Below are positions 48,558 through 59,200 of a DNA stretch of 64,000 nt, in pieces (position 1 is the first letter of the stretch; every line of letters begins with the position of its first letter). The notes below the pieces were generated by a model that was not told the DNA's origin, searched no databases, and saw only the letters and a list, made by a program, of their open reading frames with translations. The position numbers were made by a program, and so were the translations under genes. The stretch lies in assembly GCA_014654705.1 (NCBI GenBank), contig JACVZY010000111.1, forward strand, positions 54,785 through 118,784. Reading direction: 5' to 3'. Source of the DNA: Ignavibacteria bacterium. Its GTDB lineage: Bacteria; Bacteroidota; Ignavibacteria; Kapaibacteriales; UBA4661.

Positions 48558-50111
48558 TTAGCCTTTTAGCAATGTTGCGTCGCGTTCAATGAGGAAGGTG
48601 AGCCATTCTTGAAAATCATAACCACTGAAGACCTTTGTTTTCTCAATGTAGGTACGGGAAAGCTCGCGTTTACCAGCGTTAAAGTGGATTTCGGCAATAC
48701 GATAATAGCTCCACGGCATAATCCAGCGCTCCTCTGCAGGCTCCAGTTCTATTGCCTTCAGGTAGAGAGGAATTGCTTCGGCAGTGCGATTGCCTTCGCG
48801 CAGCGACTCGCCAAGATTGTATAGGGCTTCAGAGCGGATTTCTTTTGAAAGTGCTGGGTTGTCGGCAAGAGGTCGCAAAAGTTGCTCGGCTTCTTGCAAG
48901 CGAAGCGACTCCACGCAATTTATCCCCTTGATGAGTTGTCTCTGCGCCGCATCCAAGGGCTTTTGCACAAGCGATTTTGCGCGGCGGGCTGCAAATCGGT
49001 CGTCGGGTTCAAAGGGTGTGAGCGCGGCGCACTTGGAATAGCCTTTGACTGCTTCACCGCGATTCCCAGTCATTTCGTAGCAAAGCGCCAGACGCAGGAG
49101 TGCATTCCCGCGAAAACTCCGCTCGTAGCGTCCTTTGAAGAAGCGCTGGAACTCGGCTTTCGCTTTTTCAAAATCATTCATCCGCCAAAAACATTCGCCG
49201 ATGCGGTAATGTGCAAATGCAGAGAAGGCACGAAAATTTGTATCCGAAAGTTGGGCTACTTTTTGGTACAAGGGAAGTGCCGTTTGAGGCTTTCGCACAA
49301 AAAGCTCCACGTTCCCAAGTGAATATAGTACCGGAACATTGGTTGGGTAACGAGTGTTCAATTCGTTCAAATAGCGCAAACCAAGTGTAAAATCTCGTTT
49401 GTAGTACACGTTAATCATTGCCAGAAACATGGCGGCATCATTTTTTGCCCATATTGACTTCTCCGCCGCTTTGCGTATTTCCGCCAAACCTCCTTCCAAA
49501 TCGCCTTTTAGCCCCGCAAAATTTGCCACAGACCGCACAACGCTTGGCATGGCAGCCACGCCGAAGTGAAACATTCCCATACCCAAATAGGCATCAAATT
49601 CGGATGGGTTACTTTTGACGACTTCGTTCAGATAATTGTAGCAAGAGCGCCCATCCAGAGTGGCTTTGACGAAGTTTTCAGCACGAAAATTTGCCATTGC
49701 CCGAAAGCCATAGACCGCGCCGACTATTGTTTGCGCAAACGTGTTGTCAGGGCGCTGCTTGAGGCTGACTTCGGCGACGGATATTGCTTTGTCGCAGGCT
49801 TGCAGGAAAAGCCGGAAATCGGATTCGCTGTAATCGAAAAGAAATTTCCAGAGATGAATCTGAGAACGAAAAAAATATCCGGTCGGTTCTGTGGGGTATT
49901 TGGCAATGATGTCGTCAAAGGCGCGAGCGGCTTCAGCATAACGCATGGCATACATTGCATCAATGCCTGTTGCGATGCGCTCTTGGAGGTACGGGTCTTT
50001 CTGGGGCGAATCCGAAAATGCGCTCAAACTCCGAGGTAGAAGCAAGAGCACGAAGCAGCACACGATATTTATCACCAAAACGCGAACAGGCATTTGCTTA
50101 CAACAAATCAT
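48558..50111 (-). CDS. TPR-repeat protein with signal peptide
   Basis: Repeated TPR-like helical hairpins (for example AEAIPLYLKAIELEP). It abuts the upstream MCP-like gene stop. An alternative start lies at 50093. Confidence 0.6.
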   Translation of the reverse strand: MICCKQMPVRVLVINIVCCFVLLLLPRSLSAFSDSPQKDPYLQERIATGIDAMYAMRYAEAARAFDDIIAKYPTEPTGYFFRSQIHLWKFLFDYSESDFRLFLQACDKAISVAEVSLKQRPDNTFAQTIVGAVYGFRAMANFRAENFVKATLDGRSCYNYLNEVVKSNPSEFDAYLGMGMFHFGVAAMPSVVRSVANFAGLKGDLEGGLAEIRKAAEKSIWAKNDAAMFLAMINVYYKRDFTLGLRYLNELNTRYPTNVPVLYSLGNVELFVRKPQTALPLYQKVAQLSDTNFRAFSAFAHYRIGECFWRMNDFEKAKAEFQRFFKGRYERSFRGNALLRLALCYEMTGNRGEAVKGYSKCAALTPFEPDDRFAARRAKSLVQKPLDAAQRQLIKGINCVESLRLQEAEQLLRPLADNPALSKEIRSEALYNLGESLREGNRTAEAIPLYLKAIELEPAEERWIMPWSYYRIAEIHFNAGKRELSRTYIEKTKVFSGYDFQEWLTFLIERDATLLKG

Positions 50112-52649
50112 TTATGCTCCGGCAGATTGTTTCGCCGCTTTGCGTGTGTCGGTGAAGCGATTGGTGGTGTTGATAAGGCGCATGGCGAGCGTAAAAATGA
50201 GCTTTTTTGATATTTCGGGATTATTCCGCACGAGTTCATCAATCGTGGAATTGTAGTATGTAATTTGGGAATCTGCTTTCGCAACAATCGTAGCTGTGCG
50301 GTTTTCGTTGGTGATTTCACTCATCTCGCCGAAAATTGTTTCCGGTACGCTGAACTCGGTAATTTTGACACCATCTTTGAAGACCTCCAAAGTGCCGGAG
50401 TGCATGATGTAGAAGCCGCGCCCGCGCTCGCCTTCCTTCATTACCACATCGCCCTTTTTTGCATTGATTTTTTCCTCACGGTATTGGTGCATCTCTCCGG
50501 CTAAGTTTTTCTCTGCGGGCACGAGCAGGGAAGACATTTGTGCACCCGTTAAGAGATTCTGTGTGCTTCCTGGGAGTGGTACGGAAAAATTCTCGTTTTT
50601 GTCCAAGCGAAATCGGTTCACAAGATTATTCAGTTGTCCCGTTACAGCCGCAAGGTTGTTGATAGTTGAAGCTACGCGCTCGGTTTCCTGCGCGGATTGC
50701 GAGGCAGTCGAGGCGATATTCTCCACGCTGCTCAGAATGTGGAGGCTCGTGGCAGACTGCTCTTGGGTGGAAGAAGCAATCTGACTGATACGATCTAAGA
50801 CCGACTGCGAACTTTCCATAATGCCGCCCAGCGCTTCACCGGCTGCATCGGCAAGGGCAATACCTTCGTTCACGCGGTGGCTGCTTGCATACATAAGTGA
50901 CGTTGCGCTTTCGATGTCTTGTAAGATTTGGTCGAGCATAGCGCTGATTTGCTTTGTAGCGGTAGATGTTTGGTCGGCAAGGTGAGAAATTTCATCAGCT
51001 ACTACCGCAAAGCCCTTTCCTTGTTCACCCGCACGAGCCGCTTCAATGGCTGCATTCAGCGCCAGAAGGTTTGTTCGCTTGGCAATATTTTCAATAGTTT
51101 GAATAATTTTTCCGATGTCCTTGCTGGACGTGCCGAGGTGCTCAATGTTCACGGCAGAATTTTTTACCACATCGGCAAGCGAGCGAATATTCTCGACAGC
51201 CTGAGCAACGACGAAACCACCTTCAGCAGCTACTTTGCTGTTGTCGAAAGCAAACTTTGTGGTCTCGCTGGCATTGCGAGCGCTGTGGGTGATAGCTTTA
51301 TTCATTTCTTCCAAAGCAGTATTTACCTCATCGGACTGAACCCATTGCTTTTGCGCCCAGAAGACAAGTGCATCTTTGGATTCGTTAATTTTCACCGCGA
51401 TTTGCCGAGTAATATTCACAGCCTCAATAATTTCGACCATCATAGACCGAATGTTTCCTACGACATCGTTGAAGCCGCCGAAAAGCCGTCCAATTTGGTC
51501 AGAGCCGCTTCCGTCAAGCTGCACCGTTAAGTCACCGGCTGCGAGCGCTTGCATTTCGTGCAGTATCGCAGAAACGCTGCTGCTCAGGTAAGAGCTTTGC
51601 GCTTCGAGTTGGTGCAGCGTGGAATTGAGGTCGTTTTGCTGTTTGAGTAGATTATTTTGCTGCGTGGTGATTTTGGAATTTGATTCGCGCAACGTTGTTG
51701 CCATTGAATTGAAAGCACTTGCCAATGCGCCTATTTCATCGGTGGTGCGAACTTCTACTGTCTGTAATTGCCCGCTGGAAAGCATTTCGGTTGCGCGTTG
51801 CAGTTCTTTGACAGGTCGGACGAGGCTTCGTGCAAGGAAATACGCCATTGGTAAGCCAGTAAGAAAAGCCAGTGCGATGACAATGTACATCATGCGCTCG
51901 GCAGTCGTCGCTGCAGTGGCTTTCTCAGCAGAAAGGACTTGAACAATAGCGAGTGCTGCTACTTCGTTGTCATCAAGTTTTTGTGCCATTTCGTCCAGAC
52001 GCTTGAATATCATCGAGAGTTCGCCAAAAGTCGAGCGATATGCCCCGATAAGATTTGATGCCCTGAGCTTCGTTTCCGGCGGAAGCGCGGAAATACTGAC
52101 GGCAGTTTCCAATGCAACGCCGTCGCTATCGAACTCCTTGAGGTGCTTGTCAAGTTTGCGCATGATAAAGTTTTTTTCATCACGGCGAATTTGCATGAGG
52201 TGGAGATTCAATTCGAGTGATTGTATTTGCTCAAATAAATCTTCCAGTTCGTGTGCGCTCTTGCGAAACCGTCCTTCAATGCCCTCATTTTCTGTCAAGC
52301 CGCGCTCCGACATCATTTTTGTGTAGGTGCGCCAGAGCGTTTCGTGCTTTTGGAGTGCATCGGCAAGGACGGGCGACGGGCTTCCAAGTTTATTGAAGGC
52401 GGTTTCGGCTATTTGGGAAAGATTGTTGTTGCGCTCAATGTAGCTTGCGCTGCGCGTGGTCGTGAAATCAATGCGATTGGCGCGAAGATTCAGCAGCGCA
52501 TTTTCGATGATGTGAATAGTATCGCGCTCATCCAAAATACGTGCCTGCCGATAGCCGACAAAAGCAACAAGCGCCGTAAAGGCAGCCATCATTGCCGCCA
52601 TGCCGAGTATCTTTCCGAAGAGCGAAAGTGAGCGGAGTTTTGCCAACAT
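50112..52649 (-). CDS. methyl-accepting chemotaxis-like protein with C-terminal cyclic-nucleotide-binding domain
   Basis: Two TM segments flank a helical sensor. HAMP region ([16 protein letters not shown]...[12 protein letters not shown]) and MCP signalling hairpin ([29 protein letters not shown]). The last roughly 125 aa read [24 protein letters not shown]...FGEMS...RTATIVA, a cNMP-binding fold. Confidence 0.8.
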   Translation of the reverse strand: MLAKLRSLSLFGKILGMAAMMAAFTALVAFVGYRQARILDERDTIHIIENALLNLRANRIDFTTTRSASYIERNNNLSQIAETAFNKLGSPSPVLADALQKHETLWRTYTKMMSERGLTENEGIEGRFRKSAHELEDLFEQIQSLELNLHLMQIRRDEKNFIMRKLDKHLKEFDSDGVALETAVSISALPPETKLRASNLIGAYRSTFGELSMIFKRLDEMAQKLDDNEVAALAIVQVLSAEKATAATTAERMMYIVIALAFLTGLPMAYFLARSLVRPVKELQRATEMLSSGQLQTVEVRTTDEIGALASAFNSMATTLRESNSKITTQQNNLLKQQNDLNSTLHQLEAQSSYLSSSVSAILHEMQALAAGDLTVQLDGSGSDQIGRLFGGFNDVVGNIRSMMVEIIEAVNITRQIAVKINESKDALVFWAQKQWVQSDEVNTALEEMNKAITHSARNASETTKFAFDNSKVAAEGGFVVAQAVENIRSLADVVKNSAVNIEHLGTSSKDIGKIIQTIENIAKRTNLLALNAAIEAARAGEQGKGFAVVADEISHLADQTSTATKQISAMLDQILQDIESATSLMYASSHRVNEGIALADAAGEALGGIMESSQSVLDRISQIASSTQEQSATSLHILSSVENIASTASQSAQETERVASTINNLAAVTGQLNNLVNRFRLDKNENFSVPLPGSTQNLLTGAQMSSLLVPAEKNLAGEMHQYREEKINAKKGDVVMKEGERGRGFYIMHSGTLEVFKDGVKITEFSVPETIFGEMSEITNENRTATIVAKADSQITYYNSTIDELVRNNPEISKKLIFTLAMRLINTTNRFTDTRKAAKQSAGA

Positions 52650-52784
52650 AATGTAAATACCGTGATAATGACAAAATGAATCGGTGCACTTGAAGCGCTA
52701 GCGCACCGCCAAAGGCGATACATCAAAGCACACAGGGCGAAAATACAAAACCCCTGCGTTTTTTCACTACTGTTTGCACCCGTT

Positions 52785-52802
52785 GCAAGAATTTATTCTT
52801 GC
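52785..52802. promoter_or_regulatory. 18-bp perfect palindrome GCAAGAATTTATTCTTGC (candidate operator)
   Basis: 8-bp arms around a TT centre, in the divergent intergenic region between the MCP-like and STAS genes. Confidence 0.25.
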
Positions 52803-52973
52803 TTGTGCTATCCTCAAGAACTATGCCGTTCTCCGTGCGAAGTATGTTTTGTTACCCAAAAGGATTTTACGGAAAAAATGTACGAACAATTTTGGTTAAT
52901 TGCGGAAAGATGCTAACTTCGTGGCTAGAACAAACGCAAGAACGAACACCTTCCACCTTCCGCACAAAGACGT

Positions 52974-53315
52974 ATGTACGCGCTTGAAATCTCAACATCC
53001 GAATACGCCGGAATCGGCATCGTGAGTTTACTCGGCGAAATAGACGCAAACACTGCACCGGTACTGGAATTGGAACTTCTTCCTATCGCTCGAAAATACA
53101 ATCGGATTGTGCTGGATTTATCTGCCGTGAAGTCTGTGTCGAGCGTCGGCTTGCGCAAGATACTTATGCTCTATCGCATGATAAAAGTCCACGACGGTCA
53201 GATTCTCATTGCCGGCATGAACGATGAGCTGCGCAGCATTATGTGGGCTGCCGGCTTTTTGAATTATTTTATTGTCGCCGAGTCCGTTCAAATGGGACTT
53301 GCGGCGTTTGAGTAA
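52974..53315 (+). CDS. STAS-domain protein (anti-sigma-factor antagonist-like)
   Basis: 113 aa. LDLSAVKSVSSVGLRKIL resembles the SpoIIAA/RsbV phospho-serine region. Confidence 0.7.
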   Translation: MYALEISTSEYAGIGIVSLLGEIDANTAPVLELELLPIARKYNRIVLDLSAVKSVSSVGLRKILMLYRMIKVHDGQILIAGMNDELRSIMWAAGFLNYFIVAESVQMGLAAFE

Positions 53316-53348
53316 GATTGTGATTATTTATGACATCGGAGGTGAAGT

Positions 53349-53981
53349 ATGCGTATTATAGTCATTCTTTTAGCTTTTGTGTTGTTAGTCACTGGATGCG
53401 ACCCAGGTGTGATGACAGAAAAAGTATCCTCAAAAAGCCAAATGGATAATTTCAATGCGCTCGCAAGTGATGCTGGTGGGAAAGATACTTACGAGAGGAA
53501 ACAAATAGTTCTTGATTTGGATGAGGGGCAAAATGATTATATGCCTTTAGCAGTGGGAAATAGGTGGCGTTATTTGTTGACACAAACTATTACTACCCAA
53601 ACGCCAAATGAACCTTCAACCACAAGCTATGCATATGGTTCATCAGAATGGCTGGTTATTGCTGCATCTCGTAAAAATGACACTACGGACGAATTTAAGA
53701 TAAGATTTATTGAACGATACCCCGGAATATCAACAACAACAGGTACATTTAGAATTAGGAGGTCTAGGACACTGATTTATCAAGTGTTCAATGGTCGATA
53801 CGGCGAAGAGTTGAGTAACTTCATGCCTAAAACAGGCGTTGCTGATACTCTTGATTTTAATAGTGGTTTTTTTTATTATGTTAAAGGTGTAGGTATGTGT
53901 CGTAAAACTTGGGGGTATGGTGAAAGAAGATACTCACAATTTAACGAACTTCGGCTTGTTGAGTATTCTATAAAACCGTAG
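53349..53981 (+). CDS. hypothetical lipoprotein
   Basis: GGAGGTGA lies upstream of the ATG. Lipobox LVTGC. No recognisable domain. Confidence 0.5.
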   Translation: MRIIVILLAFVLLVTGCDPGVMTEKVSSKSQMDNFNALASDAGGKDTYERKQIVLDLDEGQNDYMPLAVGNRWRYLLTQTITTQTPNEPSTTSYAYGSSEWLVIAASRKNDTTDEFKIRFIERYPGISTTTGTFRIRRSRTLIYQVFNGRYGEELSNFMPKTGVADTLDFNSGFFYYVKGVGMCRKTWGYGERRYSQFNELRLVEYSIKP

Positions 53982-54031
53982 ATTTCTCAAAAAGACATTG
54001 CACAATTTATTACCCGAACTCTCAAGAAATT

Positions 54032-56149
54032 ATGCTCGACCAGCGCATTGACTACTACCCGACGCACGAAAAAGACGGTGTGAAATACCGGATCGGCAGA
54101 CCACTTCCATTAGGCGCAACGATTGTACCGAATGGTGTGAACTTTGCCATATTTTCCAGCGCTGCCACCGCTTGTACGCTCGTTTTGTTCAAAGAGGGAG
54201 AACTTCAGCCGTACTGTGAAATTCCCATTCCGCCGGAGTTTCGTATCGGGAATATTTTTGCTGTCAATGTTTTCGATATTGACACCGAAGCGCTGGAATA
54301 CGGCTTTCGCTTTGATGGACCAAACACACCCGGAAATAAATTTGATAAAACAAAAATTGTTAACGACCCTTACGGCAAGTTGCTTTCGGGGCGTGATGAA
54401 TGGAGCAAAGAGCAGTACCCACCGGACGTGTACCCTTTTCGCTCACGGCTTATGTTCGAGGATTTCGATTGGGAAGCAGACAAACCGCTCAATGTTGCGC
54501 TGGAGGACTTGGTAATTTACGAAATGCACGTGCGTGGCTTCACGAAGCACTCCTCATCGGGCGTGGCAGAGCAGGAAGCGGGTACGTTTGCGGGGCTACG
54601 TCGTAAAATTCCGTACCTGAAAGAACTTGGGATTAACTGCGTGGAGCTCATGCCGATTTTTGAATACGACGAACTGGAATTTCCTCGTACCAATCCTTTC
54701 ACGGGCGCAAAGCTCATCAATTATTGGGGGTACAGCACGACGGCATTTTTTGCACCCAAAGCGGGATTCGCAGCGACGGGGAAATTTGGAATGCAGGGCG
54801 ATGAACTGAAAGCGCTCATCAAGGATTTGCACAAGGCGGGAATAGAAGTGATTCTGGATGTGGTCTTTAATCACACAGCCGAAGGCGACCATCGCGGAAG
54901 GACGCTTAGTTTTCGCGGCATTGACAACAAAGTTTATTATATGCTTGCACCCGACGGTTCGTATTTTAATTTTTCCGGCTGCGGCAATACCGTGAATTGT
55001 AATCATCCCGTCGTGCGCCAAATGGTGAAGCAATGCCTTCAGTATTGGGTGGCAGAATACCACATTGACGGTTTTCGCTTTGACCTCGCATCTGTACTGG
55101 GGCGTTCGCAGGACGGCAACCCACTTTCCAATCCTCCGCTTTTGGAAAGCCTTTCGTACGATCCGATTTTGGCAAATGTGAAGCTCATTGCTGAGGCATG
55201 GGACGCGGGCGGGCTGTATCAGGTTGGTTCGTTTCCGGGCTATGGTCGCTGGGCAGAGTGGAATGGGAAATACCGAGACGACGTGCGCTGTTTTCTCAAA
55301 AGCGACCCGGGCATGGTTAGCAAAATGGCGCTTCGCGTTCAGGGTTCGCCGGATTTGTACGAGTTTCGGAGCAATTCGGCAAGTATTAATTTCATTACCT
55401 GCCACGATGGTTTTACGCTGAATGACCAATTTTCGTACAACACCAAGCACAATGAGGCGAATGGGGAAAATAATAACGACGGCGCAAACGACAACCACTC
55501 GTGGAACTGCGGGGTGGAAGGTGCAACGCAAGAACCCGCTATCAATGCGCTCCGTGAGCGGCAAATCAAAAATGCTTTTGCAATTCTGCTGACGTCGCAG
55601 GGTGTTCCTATGCTCTACATGGGCGATGAAATGCGCCGCACGCAGCACGGCAACAACAACGCCTACTGCCACGATACGGAACTGAACTGGCTCGATTGGT
55701 CGCTTTTGGACAAACACGAAAATATATTTCGCTTTGTGCAGCGCTGTGTGGAATTTCGGAAATCCCATGCCGTCTTGCGCAGCAAGCACCATTTCCAGAA
55801 TAAAGACTATTTGGGAAGTGGTAAGCCCGACATTACCTTTCATGGCGCGAAGGCTTGGCAACCCGATTGGTCAGACGGCAGTCGTTCACTCGCATTTATG
55901 CTGTGCGGCGCACACGCCAAAAGCGGATTCCTGCCCGACGACGACGTATATGTGGCAATGAATATGTTCTGGGAGCCGCTCTGGTTCGAGATTCCTGAGC
56001 TTGACGGCAAGCGCAAATGGCACGTCTTTCTGAATACCGGTGCGAATGAGCCAAACGATATTTACGACGTTGGGCGCGAGCCTGTTTTGCCCGACCAACA
56101 TGGATTGTTACTAGGCTCACGGTCGGTGGTGGTATTGGTGGGGCGGTAG
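54032..56149 (+). CDS. glgX: glycogen debranching enzyme (GH13, GlgX-type)
   Basis: GH13 conserved regions VILDVVFNHT, GFRFDLASVL, IAEAWD and NFITCHDGFTLND, behind an N-terminal CBM48-like region. Confidence 0.9.
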   Translation: MLDQRIDYYPTHEKDGVKYRIGRPLPLGATIVPNGVNFAIFSSAATACTLVLFKEGELQPYCEIPIPPEFRIGNIFAVNVFDIDTEALEYGFRFDGPNTPGNKFDKTKIVNDPYGKLLSGRDEWSKEQYPPDVYPFRSRLMFEDFDWEADKPLNVALEDLVIYEMHVRGFTKHSSSGVAEQEAGTFAGLRRKIPYLKELGINCVELMPIFEYDELEFPRTNPFTGAKLINYWGYSTTAFFAPKAGFAATGKFGMQGDELKALIKDLHKAGIEVILDVVFNHTAEGDHRGRTLSFRGIDNKVYYMLAPDGSYFNFSGCGNTVNCNHPVVRQMVKQCLQYWVAEYHIDGFRFDLASVLGRSQDGNPLSNPPLLESLSYDPILANVKLIAEAWDAGGLYQVGSFPGYGRWAEWNGKYRDDVRCFLKSDPGMVSKMALRVQGSPDLYEFRSNSASINFITCHDGFTLNDQFSYNTKHNEANGENNNDGANDNHSWNCGVEGATQEPAINALRERQIKNAFAILLTSQGVPMLYMGDEMRRTQHGNNNAYCHDTELNWLDWSLLDKHENIFRFVQRCVEFRKSHAVLRSKHHFQNKDYLGSGKPDITFHGAKAWQPDWSDGSRSLAFMLCGAHAKSGFLPDDDVYVAMNMFWEPLWFEIPELDGKRKWHVFLNTGANEPNDIYDVGREPVLPDQHGLLLGSRSVVVLVGR

Positions 56150-56247
56150 TTTTTTTGCTAGAAAGGTTACTTCGCGCAATTTTCAAGGGTACAGCGTGAC
56201 TTCACCGCAGGTACTTTATTTTCTTGGCTGACTTGTTGAGGTGGAAT

Positions 56248-59200
56248 ATGGATAATGCTTCTTCGTTCCGTAATTTTTTTCGTAATTTTCTTTGCAGTTT
56301 CCTTCTGTGGGGGATTTTGTTCGCAGTGTATGTAACTACGTCGCTCAATGCGCAGATGGTTCATATTCAGCGAGGAAATGGTCCATTTAGCGGGCGTGCA
56401 AAATCGTTGGTTGCGCATAATGGTCAACTTTTTGTCGTCGTTACAGATGCCGATTCTTATACGCTTAATAGTTCGACGGGCAATAAAACGTTTGTTCAAA
56501 ATGGAATCTATCGTAGTGCCGATGATGGTTTGACGTGGGGTGTTGTCTCATCATTCCCCGTTCCCGCGCTTGCTTCATCGTTGTTTTCTCACGCAGGCAC
56601 GTTGTACGTGTTGACTTCCGGTGCCGGATTGCAGCTCTACCGAAGCAGAGATGATGGTGCTTCATGGGAGGGTATTCCGTCCGGCTCGGTCTCGGCGGTT
56701 ACACATCTCGTGGCATTTGGCGATACACTCTTTGCACGAACAGGCTTGGAAACACGCATCAGCGCGATGGTGCTGAGTGCCGACAGTGGCAAAACGTGGT
56801 CGCTCGTGAGTTCGCCGGGTTCTATCGGGTCGGTTGTGGCATCGCGTTCACGCACGGTAGCTGGGCGTTCGCTACTTTTTGGTGGTTCACCGAATGGGCT
56901 TTTGCGAAGCATAGACAGGGGAACTTCGTGGCCAATTGTCCCCACTACGCCTGCCATTTCAAGTGTTATTGTCTATGATGTTGCCACGAAAGCAAATGAT
57001 AATTTGTTTCTTGCAACCAATCAAGGCGTTCTTACGAGCAGCGACAACGGACAGACGTGGCGCAGTTTTAATAGTGGTTTGGAGACAAAAATAGCGCGAA
57101 GTCTTGCTCTGAAGGGTGAAACGCTTTTTGCTGCCACGAATGATGGACTTTATACAAGCACCGGTGCAACATGGCAGAGAGTAAATACGGGCTTTCTCAA
57201 CGTCGGTGGTGAATCTCTGACCCTATTGAACCATGAAAACAAGTTGTACGCAGGTACACAAAACGGTGTTTTCCGCGCTGAGTCTTCATCATCGGGCACC
57301 CTTGGCGTGTGGGAACAAGTAAATAGAGGCTTGCCGGGTGCTCGCGTTGAAAAGGGCGGTTTGGCGTTGTCTTCGGGAACTACGTTTTTGGCAGCAAGTC
57401 CGAACGGTGGCGTTTTCAGAACCGTGAGCGGCGGTGCGTGGAATCCGGTGAGCACAGGCTTTCCCAATACTGCCGCAACAATACTGGTCGCAGCTGCACA
57501 AACATCTTCAGCAGCAGCAGTCGCTACAAAAAATTCTGTTTTTTCGAGTGTCGATGCAGGCGCATCGTGGAGGGCAGCAAGTATTGGCGTGGGAAGTGGC
57601 GAAATTACGGCGCTCGAAAGCATCTCGTCCGTAGCGCCCGGCAATGAAAGATTTCTTGCGGGTACGCTTGCGGGAACTATTTTTCGAACCAATGACAACA
57701 CAGCACAAACGTGGTCAAGATTACTTTCAAACCCGCTTGAAGCATCGGGTGTTCGGATAAATAGTTTCCTGCAAAGTACAGCGAGTATATTTTGTGCCAC
57801 AAACGAAGGATTGATGGTCAGTAATGACGCCGCTTCGTCGTGGAGCCGTTTGGCGGAGACCGTGTTTCCGCGTGTTCCCGTGCTTTCGCTTTCTGCCTCA
57901 CAAGGGCTGCTGCTTGCAGGTTCAGCCGACGGTGTTTATCGGTCGCTTGACGGCGGGCGCTCGTGGAAAGCGCCAAGCGCAAAAATCGGCGCCGTTACGA
58001 GCCTCGTTGCAAAAAATGGACTACATTATGCAGGAACAGAGGCAGGCGTGTTTCGTTCGACGGATAATGGTGCTTCATGGCAATCAATCACGCTGCCCGA
58101 TAGCGTGGCAGTAACAGCGATGGTAGCTGATTCCACACGGTTGATGATTGGTGCTGTCAATGGAATATATGAATATCAACTTCCTTCACCGCTTGAGTTT
58201 CCACGCATCACAGCATTTCAGCCGTCTGATTCTGCGCTTGTGGGGCTGACAGATGTTATTTTGACCATTGCTGGCACAAACTTTAGCACCACGGCATCGG
58301 TTATTTTTGCCGGACAAGTTCTTACGCCGCAGTCTGCAAGCGCTACGCAAGTCGTGGTAAGGGTGCCCGTCGCGTTACTGCAAACTCTTGGCACCGTTCA
58401 AGTAGAAGTTGTCAATAGCTCTACTGCCCGCACGAGTGCTGCGTTTCGCATCGTACCTCTGCCGCAAGATTTCCCGCGATTAAGTATCTCCACCAAACTA
58501 GACGCTTTTTCGACGTTTCTTACGCAGACCTCAACGTCACAACGGTACACGTTGTCGGGTACAAACGTGCGTGATAGTGTCATTGTGCAAGCTCCGCAAG
58601 GCTTCGACCTTTCTGCGGACTCCGGTCGCACGTGGTTGCCTGTTCGCCTTGCCTTTATGCCCGCAGCACCATCGTTTTCGCGTGATGTTTTTGTTCGTTT
58701 TCGCCCCGCGCTCAGTCAGGTTGTCTCGGGCTTTATCACCCACAGTATTGGTGGGATTGTGCTTCAATCGCTTGCTATTGCGGGCAATCCCAGAAGTTTG
58801 CAGTTAGAAATCTCGCCTTTGGGAACGGTTACCTACGGCGCTACCCGTGTTGGCAGGAGTCTGCGCCAGTCTGTCTTGCTGGTGAATCCGAATCCGGTGA
58901 GCATTACGGTTGCCACAATTTTCACAGGCGCGCATGCGAGTGATTTCACGGCTTCGGTGCAGCAAATTGTTCTCCCGCCGCAAGGCAGAGCCACGGTGGA
59001 TTTGGTCTTTGCTCCGCGAGGAAGAGGGGAGCGAACGGCGGTTGTGAATTTCAGTGGTTTGGCTTCGGGGCAGATTGCATTGCAGGGGCGCGGTACCCAA
59101 GCCGTGCTGACGTTTTCTACTCCCGAAATACAATTTTCAACCTCAGCTTTTGTCGGGCAAACGCTCAAACTTCCCGCCGAGACTGTGCGGATAACCAATG

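Noticed and set aside
50112-53315. Chemotaxis operon or complete partner-switching module
   Set aside because: Only an MCP-like gene and a lone STAS gene are present. No cheA/W/Y/B/R, no RsbW/SpoIIAB-type kinase and no PP2C phosphatase occur in the window.
54596-55861. 421-aa ORF antisense to glgX
   Set aside because: Shadow ORF inside a confidently identified GH13 gene, with no recognisable motif.
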